Shown here: piece by piece, positions 10,152 through 19,131 of the stretch | Numbering within the stretch: position 1 is the stretch's first letter | How the letters are laid out: the number at the start of each line of letters is the position of its first letter | DNA from: Thainema sp. | GTDB lineage: Bacteria > Cyanobacteriota > Cyanobacteriia > Phormidesmidales > Phormidesmidaceae | DNA length: 64,000 bases | Direction of reading: 5' to 3' | Assembly: GCA_052168235.1 (NCBI GenBank) | Contig: JBQLZK010000003.1 | Span: 136,677 to 200,676, forward strand | Translations under genes and position numbers: made by a program | Notes under the pieces: generated by a model | The model's database searches: none | Seen by the model: only the letters and a program-made list of their open reading frames with translations | Told to the model about the DNA's origin: nothing

Positions 10152-10199
10152 GGAGCAAGGCGTAGAAAGGTCATAAAAGACTGTAAAAAGCTGCAAAGA

Positions 10200-10260
10200 C
10201 TCAACCCAGCACCTAGAACCCAAAACCTAATATTTAGCACTCAGCACCCAGCCCCCCAAT
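10200..10260. repeat. Degenerate heptamer (STRR-like) tandem repeats
   Basis: cagcacc/tagaacc/caaaacc/tagcact/cagcacc units between convergent genes. Confidence 0.55.
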
Positions 10261-10263
10261 TAG

Positions 10264-13188
10264 TCACCCCGCAGCAGCAAAACTCAGTGGAAGCTGCACA
10301 ATAAAATGCGTTTGGTTGTCTTGGCTTTCGACGCGAATTGTGCCCTGTAGAGCCTCAACGAGCTGTTTCACCAGCGCGAGGCCCAAGCCCGTACCGCCAT
10401 GCTTCCAGGGGTCATTGTTCGGGATGCGATAGAACCGATCAAAAATGCGATCGCAGTCTGCGGGAGAAATTTCTGTTCCAGAGTTGCTGATTCGAAGCGT
10501 GATACCAGCAGCAGTGGCCGCACAGCCAACAGTGATTGTGCCGTGGGCTGGGGTGTATTTACAAGCGTTGTTGAGCAATTCCAGTACGATACGTTCTAGA
10601 TAATCCAAATCAGTAACAATCGTGGGCAGGTGATTGGGCAGCTCAAACGCTAACCGTTGCTGATGCTGTTGCGATCGCTCGATAAACGGTTCACCGAGCT
10701 GCAAAATCACGGATCGAAGCTGGATCGGCGTCAACTGAAGAGACTCTGTCCCCGCCTCTAAGCGCGTCAAATCCAGCAAATTATTGATTAGAGTGGTTTC
10801 ACGCTGGCACTCTTCCTGCAAAATGTCGAGATAGCGCTGAATCATTGGCATTTTAGGGTTTTGTGAGTTCTGCAACCCCTCCAGCGAGGCCAAACTGACG
10901 TTTAGCATGTGCGTCGCCATTTTGATACTGGCCATCGGCGTGCGCAACTCATGCGACACCGTGCTGAGGAAGTCGTCCTTAAGCTGATGCAGCCGTTCCA
11001 GCTCACGCACCTGTGACTGAGCCGTTTGATAAAGACGGGCCTGCCGGAGCGCGATCGCACATTGGTTAGCAAACTGTTCCGCCAGCCAAATTTCGCGGTC
11101 TGAAAAGTAACTTTTGGCCGTCCGAAAAATCCACAGCGTCCCCAAAATCCGAGTTTCACCGATCAGGGGACAGGTCAAAATGGTAAACGGCTGCTTCAAA
11201 ATTCGAGCTGGCGCAGGTGGAATTGGGAGCGAGCAAAATTGGACACTTTGCCCCCGGAGCGTCTGCTGATGGACGCTGGTTAAGGAATCAACCGGAAAAA
11301 CACAGCCTTGAACCGATGGCAGATTGTCTTTTACCCAATCGTGATGAATCGTAACAGTTGCCTGTTCCAGATCGTAGAGGCCCAAATCGCAGGCTTCAGC
11401 GGCCAGGGCTTGTCCCAGTTCTGCCACGGCGGTGCGTAGAATTTGCTGCTCATCCAAACTGTCGCGCACCCGGTCACTCAGCCGTTTGAGCGTTTCTCCA
11501 TACATCAGCGCCTGACGGATTTGAGCAGTTCGTTCCCGGACTTGAATTTCGAGATTGATATTGAGTTGTTGCATGCGCTGATGGAGTTCGGCCTGCTGAA
11601 TTGCGATCGCAAGCTGATCGGCAATTTGCTGCAACAGGCTGGCTTCATCCGGTTGCCACACTCGGCATTCCGCGCAGGCATGAACAATCAGCAATCCCCA
11701 AACTCGGCGGGATGGATGGGACGATGCATCAGGCAATACCTGCACAATGGGCGCAACGACTTTCGACTGCACCCCCACCGATTGCATAAACTCAACCAAA
11801 CAACTGCCCCAGTCATCTGTGGCAATATCCGGCACGATGCGAGGTTTGCCACTGCGATAGTGCTCGTAACAGGCGGGCGGAAAATGCTCATCCAGCCAGC
11901 GCATATCGTTTGTCATTGGATAATCGGGCAGCACCGATTCTTGAATCACTTGCCCTGAACCATCCGACAGCAGCCGAAATATCAGAACCCGATCGGCCTG
12001 TAAAACCTGCCGAATTTCGCTAACCGCCACTGCTAACATGCCGTCTAAATCCAGTGACTTGCGGATTTGTTTGGTAATTTGATGCAGCAGATGTTCTCGT
12101 TCAAATTGGGTTCGCAGAATGGCCTCTGCCTGTTTGCGATCGCTAATATCCTGAACTGTTCCTAAAAGCTGCGTCACCTGTCCTTGCTCATCTCGCAAAA
12201 ACGCGCTTTCTCGGCTTTGCAGCCAAACCCAGTGACCGTCAGCATGGCGAAAGCGATACTCGATTTCTACTACGTCATGATTGACCAAAGTTTGGCAGCG
12301 CTGGAGGTGCTGCATCACTCGCTCTCGGTCATCAGGATGACAGAGGTAGGACAACACTTGACTGCCCATCGCGTGAATGGCGTCCTTCGTATACCCCAGC
12401 AGTTCCAGCATATTGGCAGTGCTATAGACATTCCGCTGCTGTTCGAGGTCATAGACATAAATCGTGCTGGGGCTAGTTTCCAGAATGCTGTTGATAAACC
12501 GCTGATTTCGATAGTGAGCGGAATGAAGGTCAGCCTGTTCTGTCGCGTAATCGGCAGCGCAATCAACCTGGGGCTGCTTCTTTTCCCTTGCAGATTCCTC
12601 TTTAGATTCCGATAGAGAGACTCCCTGCTGCTCAAGGGTTTGCATTTGCTGCCGCAGTGTCGCACACTGCACGGCCAAGCCGAGCTGCATTGCAACCTGC
12701 TGCAAAAAGGTTTGATCCAAGCTGCTCCACTGCCGTGGAGCTTGGCACTGATGAGCAATCAGGAGCCCCCAAAGGTGACGATCAACCAGCACAGGCACGA
12801 CCAAATTAGCCTGCACCTGAAATCGGGTTAGTAACTCAGCATGGCACGGCTGAATATGACTCTCATGAACATTGTCAATCGCACTAATTCGCCCCTGCTC
12901 GTAAGCAGACACCCAGTCACGATGAAAGCAAGGATCGTCAATAAATTGGCCCAGAATAGCGATCCACTGTGGATCAACGGCTTCAGCCGCAACCACACCA
13001 TCCTGATTCGGCAACAAACGATAAATCAATGTGCGATCGCACTGCAAAGCTTTTTTGATTAATTGAACAATCTCGGCCAGCTGATGATGGATATCGCTTG
13101 GGGTCTGCAAGCAACGCGATATCTCGCCTATCACCTGAAAAAGCCGATAAGAATCTCGATCTAATGCTGGGGGTCGATCAACGTCCAT
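10264..13188 (-). CDS. Cyanobacteriochrome sensor histidine kinase (GAF[DXCF]-PAS-GAF[far-red-like]-GAF-HisKA-HATPase)
   Basis: GAF1 DDPCF...PCH; PAS/PAC HPDD..YRFRHADGHWVW; GAF2 WLDEHFP...DDWGSCLVEF; H-box FLSTVSHELRTP; N-box ELLNNACKYT; G2 GGTGLGL. Start probably the ATG at 13188. Confidence 0.92.
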   Translation of the reverse strand: MDVDRPPALDRDSYRLFQVIGEISRCLQTPSDIHHQLAEIVQLIKKALQCDRTLIYRLLPNQDGVVAAEAVDPQWIAILGQFIDDPCFHRDWVSAYEQGRISAIDNVHESHIQPCHAELLTRFQVQANLVVPVLVDRHLWGLLIAHQCQAPRQWSSLDQTFLQQVAMQLGLAVQCATLRQQMQTLEQQGVSLSESKEESAREKKQPQVDCAADYATEQADLHSAHYRNQRFINSILETSPSTIYVYDLEQQRNVYSTANMLELLGYTKDAIHAMGSQVLSYLCHPDDRERVMQHLQRCQTLVNHDVVEIEYRFRHADGHWVWLQSRESAFLRDEQGQVTQLLGTVQDISDRKQAEAILRTQFEREHLLHQITKQIRKSLDLDGMLAVAVSEIRQVLQADRVLIFRLLSDGSGQVIQESVLPDYPMTNDMRWLDEHFPPACYEHYRSGKPRIVPDIATDDWGSCLVEFMQSVGVQSKVVAPIVQVLPDASSHPSRRVWGLLIVHACAECRVWQPDEASLLQQIADQLAIAIQQAELHQRMQQLNINLEIQVRERTAQIRQALMYGETLKRLSDRVRDSLDEQQILRTAVAELGQALAAEACDLGLYDLEQATVTIHHDWVKDNLPSVQGCVFPVDSLTSVHQQTLRGQSVQFCSLPIPPAPARILKQPFTILTCPLIGETRILGTLWIFRTAKSYFSDREIWLAEQFANQCAIALRQARLYQTAQSQVRELERLHQLKDDFLSTVSHELRTPMASIKMATHMLNVSLASLEGLQNSQNPKMPMIQRYLDILQEECQRETTLINNLLDLTRLEAGTESLQLTPIQLRSVILQLGEPFIERSQQHQQRLAFELPNHLPTIVTDLDYLERIVLELLNNACKYTPAHGTITVGCAATAAGITLRISNSGTEISPADCDRIFDRFYRIPNNDPWKHGGTGLGLALVKQLVEALQGTIRVESQDNQTHFIVQLPLSFAAAG

Positions 13189-13264
13189 CGAAACTTGCCA
13201 GTGTTTGCCGATAGTTGAGTGATTGGGGCATCCTAGAGTGTCCACATCTGGGATGTTTTCTCCT

Positions 13265-13516
13265 ATGCTACGTCGATTTATTGGGTTTGTTATGGGGATT
13301 GCGATCGCAATGACCGCTCTAACCCTGTATTCTCCGCTAGGCTTGGCTCAGACCAGTCACCAAACCAACTGCGACCCGTCCTATCCCGACGTGTGTATTG
13401 CACCACCGCCACCCGATCTGGACTGCGGCGAGATTGAGTATCGTAACTTTAGAGTAACGGGTGCTGATCCACATCGCTTCGACGGTGACCACGACGGTAT
13501 TGGCTGCGAGTCATAG
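13265..13516 (+). CDS. Small exported protein with Excalibur-like Ca2+-binding, Cys-containing module
   Basis: Signal peptide MLRRFIGFVMGIAIAMTAL...GLA; CDPSYPDVCI.PPPPDLDC...DPHRFDGDHDGIGCES (DxDxDGxxCE). Confidence 0.8.
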   Translation: MLRRFIGFVMGIAIAMTALTLYSPLGLAQTSHQTNCDPSYPDVCIAPPPPDLDCGEIEYRNFRVTGADPHRFDGDHDGIGCES

Positions 13517-13723
13517 TCTAACCGAGTCATAGTTTAACTAAATTCTGAAAGCATGACTGTATCGCCGCAGTGTGGCGGCATCATCACCGCTGCGGGTTTT
13601 CGACTAGCACGACTAGCACGGTGCAGGCTGCAAGTACACCATACGAGGTTCTATCAGTCTAGCCAGTTGATCCGCTAAACTAGGAAAGAACAAATTGCTG
13701 AACTTTTCTCCAGTAGGTTTTCT

Positions 13724-13954
13724 ATGCTAAAGAAGCGCTCTCCGTTCGATTCTGCTCAGCTCATGCGTCGTTCAGAAGACCTAATCGAGGCAGCTTCTAA
13801 CCGCTATCGGATTACAGTGCAGGTTGCTAACCGGGCACAGCGCCGTCGTTTTGAAGACTTCGAAAACCTCGACGACCCCAAAATGAAGCCCGTGATTCGC
13901 GCCATCATTGAAATGTCAGATGAACTAACTCAGCCTGAGATTATTGGCGAGTAA
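13724..13954 (+). CDS. rpoZ: RNA polymerase omega subunit
   Basis: [18 protein letters not shown]...[22 protein letters not shown], the cyanobacterial omega. Confidence 0.95.
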   Translation: MLKKRSPFDSAQLMRRSEDLIEAASNRYRITVQVANRAQRRRFEDFENLDDPKMKPVIRAIIEMSDELTQPEIIGE

Positions 13955-14002
13955 GGTCATTTGTTCCCAATGTGATTATTTTTAATCAGTTTTAATTCCA
14001 TC

Positions 14003-14054
14003 AGGGTTCGCGTGGAAGAGGGTGAATGTGCCACTCATTCTGCGCGAACCTTTT
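14003..14054 (+). terminator. Hairpin downstream of rpoZ
   Basis: agggttcgcg...cgcgaacctttt. Confidence 0.5.
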
Positions 14055-14102
14055 GGCGTTAAACCACGTCTTGTTCTGATAACTGCCATTTAGCTAAAGC
14101 CA

Positions 14103-14810
14103 ATGAAGCGATTTCATGTTGTCCTGAGCGTTCTGAGCTGTCTGGTTGTCATAGCTGGGTTTACGCTGTTGAATCCAATCGGTTTGCTGTCCAATTCCTC
14201 CAGTTCAACTCAGGCGAGACAGTGGTGGCATGGACAATCTGCGATCGCACAATTGCCCACTGAACGCGAACTCCGCCGCCTCATACCGGAGCAGATTGCG
14301 GCCTATGTGTACCAGCAATTTCCCGATTTACCGCTGGAAAATCAGTACATCGACGACAGTGATAACGAAGTGGATGAGGACGGCACCTTAGTCAGCCGCA
14401 TGATTGACTACCATACCCGGATTGTGCGTCGTCCCACCCAATATCGCCTGGATTGGAAGCTAACGATAGCCGACTATCTGGATGAAAATGAAATTATTAT
14501 CATCAGCCAGTATCCCGGATCATCCCGCTACGAAACGAATCCAGTGCGAGGCGACAAAGCTGCGATCGCACGTCTTTCGCCAGAACAGCGCAATGCGCTA
14601 GTCAACACGCTAGTGGCGATTTACAATCCTGCATTTGCCGAGATCGCCGGATGGCGGACGTATCCAGAGGCATTCAGCTCACCCCAAATGACGCCGGAAG
14701 CACAGGCTGAACCTGCGACCGAATCCTCAACGCCGACAGACAGTTCAATGCCCAATTCATCGTCTGGATCCCCAATCCCAGCACGGGGTTCAGCCGATCT
14801 GCTGCGCTAG
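14103..14810 (+). CDS. Conserved exported or membrane-anchored hypothetical protein
   Basis: N-terminal hydrophobic segment; VYQQFPDLPLENQY, RLDWKLTIADYL motifs; acidic, Pro-rich tail. Confidence 0.8.
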   Translation: MKRFHVVLSVLSCLVVIAGFTLLNPIGLLSNSSSSTQARQWWHGQSAIAQLPTERELRRLIPEQIAAYVYQQFPDLPLENQYIDDSDNEVDEDGTLVSRMIDYHTRIVRRPTQYRLDWKLTIADYLDENEIIIISQYPGSSRYETNPVRGDKAAIARLSPEQRNALVNTLVAIYNPAFAEIAGWRTYPEAFSSPQMTPEAQAEPATESSTPTDSSMPNSSSGSPIPARGSADLLR

Positions 14811-15281
14811 AGGGGCATTTATTAGCCATTCCGTCTCCCGTTCCCCCACGGGAATCAACTCGACCTGGCGACCCGTTTCGTCCCGCAATAGGCGAATCTG
14901 GAGATAGTGATCGGGCCTGTAGACCAATCTCTCTGCCCACTCGATCGCTACGATGCCTAGTTCGACTTCCAGCTCATCCCAGTACATATCGAGATAGAGC
15001 GTTTCGGTTTCAGCAGGTTCCAGCCGATATAAATCGGCGTGATAGAGCGGTATTCGCCCTTCCAGATATTCATTAATGAGCGTGAACGTCGGACTTGCGA
15101 TCGCATCCGTCACACCCAAACCTTCACCAATCCCCTGCACCAGCGTTGTCTTGCCGCTACCGAGATTTCCTTCTAGTAGCAAGACAATTCCGGCTGGCAG
15201 CGTTTGGCCTAGAACAACCCCTAGTTGGCGCGTATGCTCTGCATCCGGCAGAAACAACGAAAGAACACTCTCCATGCCCAT
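14790..15281 (-). CDS. tsaE: tRNA t6A biosynthesis ATPase TsaE
   Basis: LLEGNLGSGKTT, SPTFTLINEY, LYHADLYRL, IEWAE. Confidence 0.96.
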   Translation of the reverse strand: MGMESVLSLFLPDAEHTRQLGVVLGQTLPAGIVLLLEGNLGSGKTTLVQGIGEGLGVTDAIASPTFTLINEYLEGRIPLYHADLYRLEPAETETLYLDMYWDELEVELGIVAIEWAERLVYRPDHYLQIRLLRDETGRQVELIPVGERETEWLINAPLAQQIG

Positions 15282-15286
15282 TGCCG

Positions 15287-17506
15287 CTAAAACGGTTCTT
15301 GCTTCATTTCAGAAACACCTGCTGATGGATTGCTCGTGCCAGCAGGTTGCTGAACTTCATTCTGGATCGTTTGATTTTGGATAGTTGGATTGGCGGGTGC
15401 GCTATACGGCACATTCGGCTGCATTCCAGGTTGAACTGGAGGCATACCTGTGGAGTTCGAGGGTGAAAATGCAGGTTGATTGCCAGTTGGTCGTCCCGTC
15501 TGAGGATAGGCATTCGGTGGCGAAACCCCATTTTCAAATGCTCCCGGCATCCCTTGCCCTGGACTGATTCCATTCATTGGTGCGTCCATCGGTGGGAAAT
15601 ATTCAACGGGCACACCCTGAAGCGCTTCCATCATATATCGCCGCCAGATCGGTGCAGCCACATCACCCGCTGCGGCTCCAGCCCCAATTGGATAGTTGTC
15701 GTCATTGCCAACCCAAATCGCCGTTGTCAGCTGGGGCACATAGCCCACAAACCACACATCGCGGGCATCGTCCGTCGTGCCGGTTTTGCCTGCCGCAGGC
15801 CGATCCGGCAGCCGCGCCTCCACACCGCTCCCCTCTTCTAATACCCCTTGCAGAATACTGGTTAACTCGATTGTCGCCCTCGGATCAAGAACGAGCCGTG
15901 GTTCAGGAATGTTATCGAGAAGTACCTGTCCTTGGCTGTCTGTAACCTGAGCAATGAAGGTTGGTTCAGCATACCAACCCTGACTGGCAAACGCCGAAAA
16001 CGCATTCGCCATCTCAAGCGGCGTCACTTCCACAGCACCCAATGCCAAGGGCAAGACTGGTTCCATATCTCCTTTCAAGCCTAGCGATCGCGCCGTTTGA
16101 ATCACTTGTTCAATACCGAGATCGTGCATCAGACGAATGGCCGGAATATTACGAGAGTGAATCAACGCTGTCCGTAGCGTAATTGGCCCCCAAAACTCAC
16201 CTTCGTAGTTGCGTGGCGTATAGGTGCCGCCCCCATCGGGGTAGGTGACTTCCGTGTCATCAATCGTTGAGTAGGGAGTATACTGACCCGTTGCTAAGGC
16301 TGCGTAGTAAACAAACGGCTTGAAGGATGATCCAGGCTGTCGGCGAGCCTGAAGCGCCCGATTAAACTGACTTTGCTGATAGTTTACGCCGCCTACCACG
16401 GCTTTGACGAAATGAGTACGCGGGTCAATCGAAATTAGCGCCATTTGATCCGCATAATATCCCCGCTGGTACAAATCAAAAGCGCTGGCTTGCACCACTC
16501 CTTCGGCAGTAGTCTGTAGGTAATCATCCACTGTCGCCTGAACGCGCATTCCACCTTTCAGCAACGGGCCTTCACCAAAATGTCGGATCAGTTCTTGAGT
16601 GACCGCATCGGTGACATAAGGGGATTTGCTGCGCGAGAAAGAAGTAACTTCACCAAACTGAAGTTTTTCGGCTAAAGCAGCCCGTTCTTCCGTCTCTGTA
16701 ATCCAACCCAGTTCCCGCATGCGTCGCAGGGCGAGCCGTTGCCCCGTCTTAGCCAATTCCATTGAGACAAACGGGCTATATTCTTCGGGAGCCTGAATCA
16801 AACCGGCCATCAGCGCCGATTCAGCCAGAGTTAAATCCGCCGCCGATTTCTTGAAGTAGCTTTGAGCTGCTGTTTCAACGCCGTAGGTGTTATGCCCCCA
16901 GTACACCTGGTTGAGATACAGCTCTAGGATTTTGTCTTTGCCATACACCTGTTCCATACGAACCGCTAGGACGGCTTCTGCAATTTTCCGGCTTAACGTC
17001 TGACGCGGTGTGAGAAACAGGTTTTTAGCAAGCTGCATCGTCAGGGTCGAGGCCCCTTCCACGGTCTCTTGATTCTGCACGTTCCGCAAAAACGCGCGGG
17101 CAATTCCGTTCGGGCTAACTCCCTCATGCTGATAGAAACGGTCATCTTCCATTGCCAGGACAGCCCGCTTGAGATGGGGAGAGATTTCATCTAGCGTAAC
17201 AACTTCACGGTTGGCTTCATCGTGCAGACTGCTGAGCAGTTTGCCGTTGATGTCGTAAATATAAGTCGTCTCGACTGGGCTGTAGTGGGCCAGCAGTCGG
17301 ACATCTGGTAGCCGTCGCAGAGTGATGTCGAGTCCAATGAAGCCGCCTGCGATCGCAGCGGTTGACACCATGCCAACTGCAATCACCGTCGAGCCGGCAA
17401 CTTGGCTGACTTCCCGCATATAGCTAGCCACATCAGCCCAGCGAATATCTGGACGTTGATGCAACCGAATCGATCGAAAACGGGATTTAACAGCGTCAAA
17501 TGACAC
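15287..17506 (-). CDS. Class A penicillin-binding protein (PBP1A family)
   Basis: Transglycosylase motifs EDDRFYQHEG, GASTLTMQL, RKIAE, ELYLN; transpeptidase motifs GSSFK, SRN, KTGT. Confidence 0.95.
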   Translation of the reverse strand: MSFDAVKSRFRSIRLHQRPDIRWADVASYMREVSQVAGSTVIAVGMVSTAAIAGGFIGLDITLRRLPDVRLLAHYSPVETTYIYDINGKLLSSLHDEANREVVTLDEISPHLKRAVLAMEDDRFYQHEGVSPNGIARAFLRNVQNQETVEGASTLTMQLAKNLFLTPRQTLSRKIAEAVLAVRMEQVYGKDKILELYLNQVYWGHNTYGVETAAQSYFKKSAADLTLAESALMAGLIQAPEEYSPFVSMELAKTGQRLALRRMRELGWITETEERAALAEKLQFGEVTSFSRSKSPYVTDAVTQELIRHFGEGPLLKGGMRVQATVDDYLQTTAEGVVQASAFDLYQRGYYADQMALISIDPRTHFVKAVVGGVNYQQSQFNRALQARRQPGSSFKPFVYYAALATGQYTPYSTIDDTEVTYPDGGGTYTPRNYEGEFWGPITLRTALIHSRNIPAIRLMHDLGIEQVIQTARSLGLKGDMEPVLPLALGAVEVTPLEMANAFSAFASQGWYAEPTFIAQVTDSQGQVLLDNIPEPRLVLDPRATIELTSILQGVLEEGSGVEARLPDRPAAGKTGTTDDARDVWFVGYVPQLTTAIWVGNDDNYPIGAGAAAGDVAAPIWRRYMMEALQGVPVEYFPPMDAPMNGISPGQGMPGAFENGVSPPNAYPQTGRPTGNQPAFSPSNSTGMPPVQPGMQPNVPYSAPANPTIQNQTIQNEVQQPAGTSNPSAGVSEMKQEPF

Positions 17507-17765
17507 AGTGACAACTCCCCAATGGCGAATAAAATCAAGGCGTTTAGTTCAAGGCGTCTATATTCAAGCGAATAAATCGCATAAAGACAATACATTGGTC
17601 GATTTTTTTAGATCTAGGAGGAGCGTTGTGTATTGCATCACGGCGACACAACGCTCCTTCTGGACTTGGAATTTGGGTTTTAATCATGCCAATCTATGTA
17701 CTCGGCTCACCATGATAGAAGATTCCGTTGGTAAAAGCCCATTAATTTTCGCGCTCACCCTAAAT

Positions 17766-17830
17766 GGGTGATCTCTGGGCGTCCTCTACGAAATGGATTC
17801 TTATTTCCTTGAAATGAATCGTGTAAGCAC
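17766..17830 (+). promoter_or_regulatory. Conserved upstream element, copy 1
   Basis: GGGTGA-N17-CGAAATG-N14-TGAAATGAA-N2-GTGTAA.CAC; identical spacing in copy 2. Confidence 0.6.
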
Positions 17831-17855
17831 ATTCAAACAAAGGCCCCCCCCCTTT

Positions 17856-18320
17856 ATGCGACTCATCATTATCAACGACACGGCCCTTAAGCAAAGCACT
17901 CAGCAGTCTTCCCAACTGCCCCCAGAAGCATTTGTCAAGGTTGCAGATGGAACTGAGTTTCAGATCAATGGCTATACCAGTGAATCGGGACACTACAAAG
18001 TGTTTTTGACCGATCCGTTTGAAGGCAAGCGCACCTGGTATGTCTACGCACTACACGCTGAAATCGCCTACGGCGTTGATGAAAAATTCTACATGCGTGT
18101 CGCTCAAGACACTTATCTGAAGCAAGAGACCAAGCAAGCAGATGAGCTATCAGATGCCAACAAATATAAAGTCACGGCACCTGATTCATTCAACCTGATG
18201 CAGTACTTCCCCGATCCAGCCGCTGCTCAGCATTTGAAGGTGAAGCTTGAGCAGCCGATCAATGGCATTATTACCTGGTACGCGTTTGGGCCTCACGTTG
18301 AGATCTTTACCCGTCCGTAG
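17856..18320 (+). CDS. Hypothetical two-repeat protein (DTxLKQ...TWY module x2), paralog 1
   Basis: Internal duplication and full-length similarity to 18555-19013. Start placed at MRLIIIND by alignment with the paralog. Confidence 0.85.
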   Translation: MRLIIINDTALKQSTQQSSQLPPEAFVKVADGTEFQINGYTSESGHYKVFLTDPFEGKRTWYVYALHAEIAYGVDEKFYMRVAQDTYLKQETKQADELSDANKYKVTAPDSFNLMQYFPDPAAAQHLKVKLEQPINGIITWYAFGPHVEIFTRP

Positions 18321-18466
18321 ACAGACTGCATTTTTAAGGATACGCCTCGATTCGTGAAAGAGTGGTTAGCCGCTTGCTCACAGGAGGAATTTGCATAAAC
18401 CCTAAAAGGAGTTTGGCTTAGGCCAAACTTCTTTTACGTGCGGCTACAACAGTCGTCACCCAGGCT

Positions 18467-18531
18467 GGGTGAACTTCGGGGATGGTCTGCGAAATGAGTT
18501 GACGTTGCCCTGAAATGAACAGTGTAAACAC
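18467..18531 (+). promoter_or_regulatory. Conserved upstream element, copy 2
   Basis: Same motif blocks and spacing as 17766-17830. Confidence 0.6.
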
Positions 18532-18554
18532 TACTCCACTCAAGGATACTCACC

Positions 18555-19013
18555 ATGAGACTTATCATTATCAACGACACCATCCTCAAGCCGAGCACAC
18601 AGCAGTCCACTCAACTGTCTCCCAGTACTGTGGCAGAAGTAAAAGATGGCACCGAGTTTGAAATTAGCCGATTCACGAGTGAATCCGGACACTACAAAGT
18701 GTTTTTAACGACGCCCTTTAGAGGCCAACAAACCTGGTATGTCTACGCACTGCACGCTGAGATTGCCTACGGCATCAATGAGCGCTTCCAAATGCGGATT
18801 GCCCAAGATACCTATCTAAAACAAAATGCCGTTCAAGCTGCTGAGCTGTCCGATGCGAATAAGTACAAGGTCTTAGCTCCCTCTGCGTTTGACTTGGCTC
18901 AGTATTTCCCTGATCCAGCCGCAGCGCAGCATCTGAAAGTCAAGCTAGAGCAGCCCCTCAACGGTATTCTGACCTGGTATGTGTTTGCTCCCCACGTTGA
19001 AATTGTTGTCTAA
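18555..19013 (+). CDS. Hypothetical two-repeat protein, paralog 2
   Basis: Shares ESGHYKVFLT, WYVYALHAEIAYG, ELSDANKYKV, QYFPDPAAAQHLKVKLEQP with paralog 1; AAGGA RBS. Confidence 0.88.
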   Translation: MRLIIINDTILKPSTQQSTQLSPSTVAEVKDGTEFEISRFTSESGHYKVFLTTPFRGQQTWYVYALHAEIAYGINERFQMRIAQDTYLKQNAVQAAELSDANKYKVLAPSAFDLAQYFPDPAAAQHLKVKLEQPLNGILTWYVFAPHVEIVV

Positions 19014-19043
19014 CCCGATTGCACTAGACGATTGAATAAAAAT

Positions 19044-19080
19044 AAAAGAGGGCATCGCATAAGCGCAATGCCCTCTTTTT
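19044..19080. terminator. Bidirectional terminator
   Basis: aaaagagggcat...atgccctctttt between the paralog and convergent petA. Confidence 0.75.
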
Positions 19081-19131
19081 AATGGCTTTTTACTGAAGCT
19101 AGATTTTTCGCAATCAAAATCTCTAGATCAA

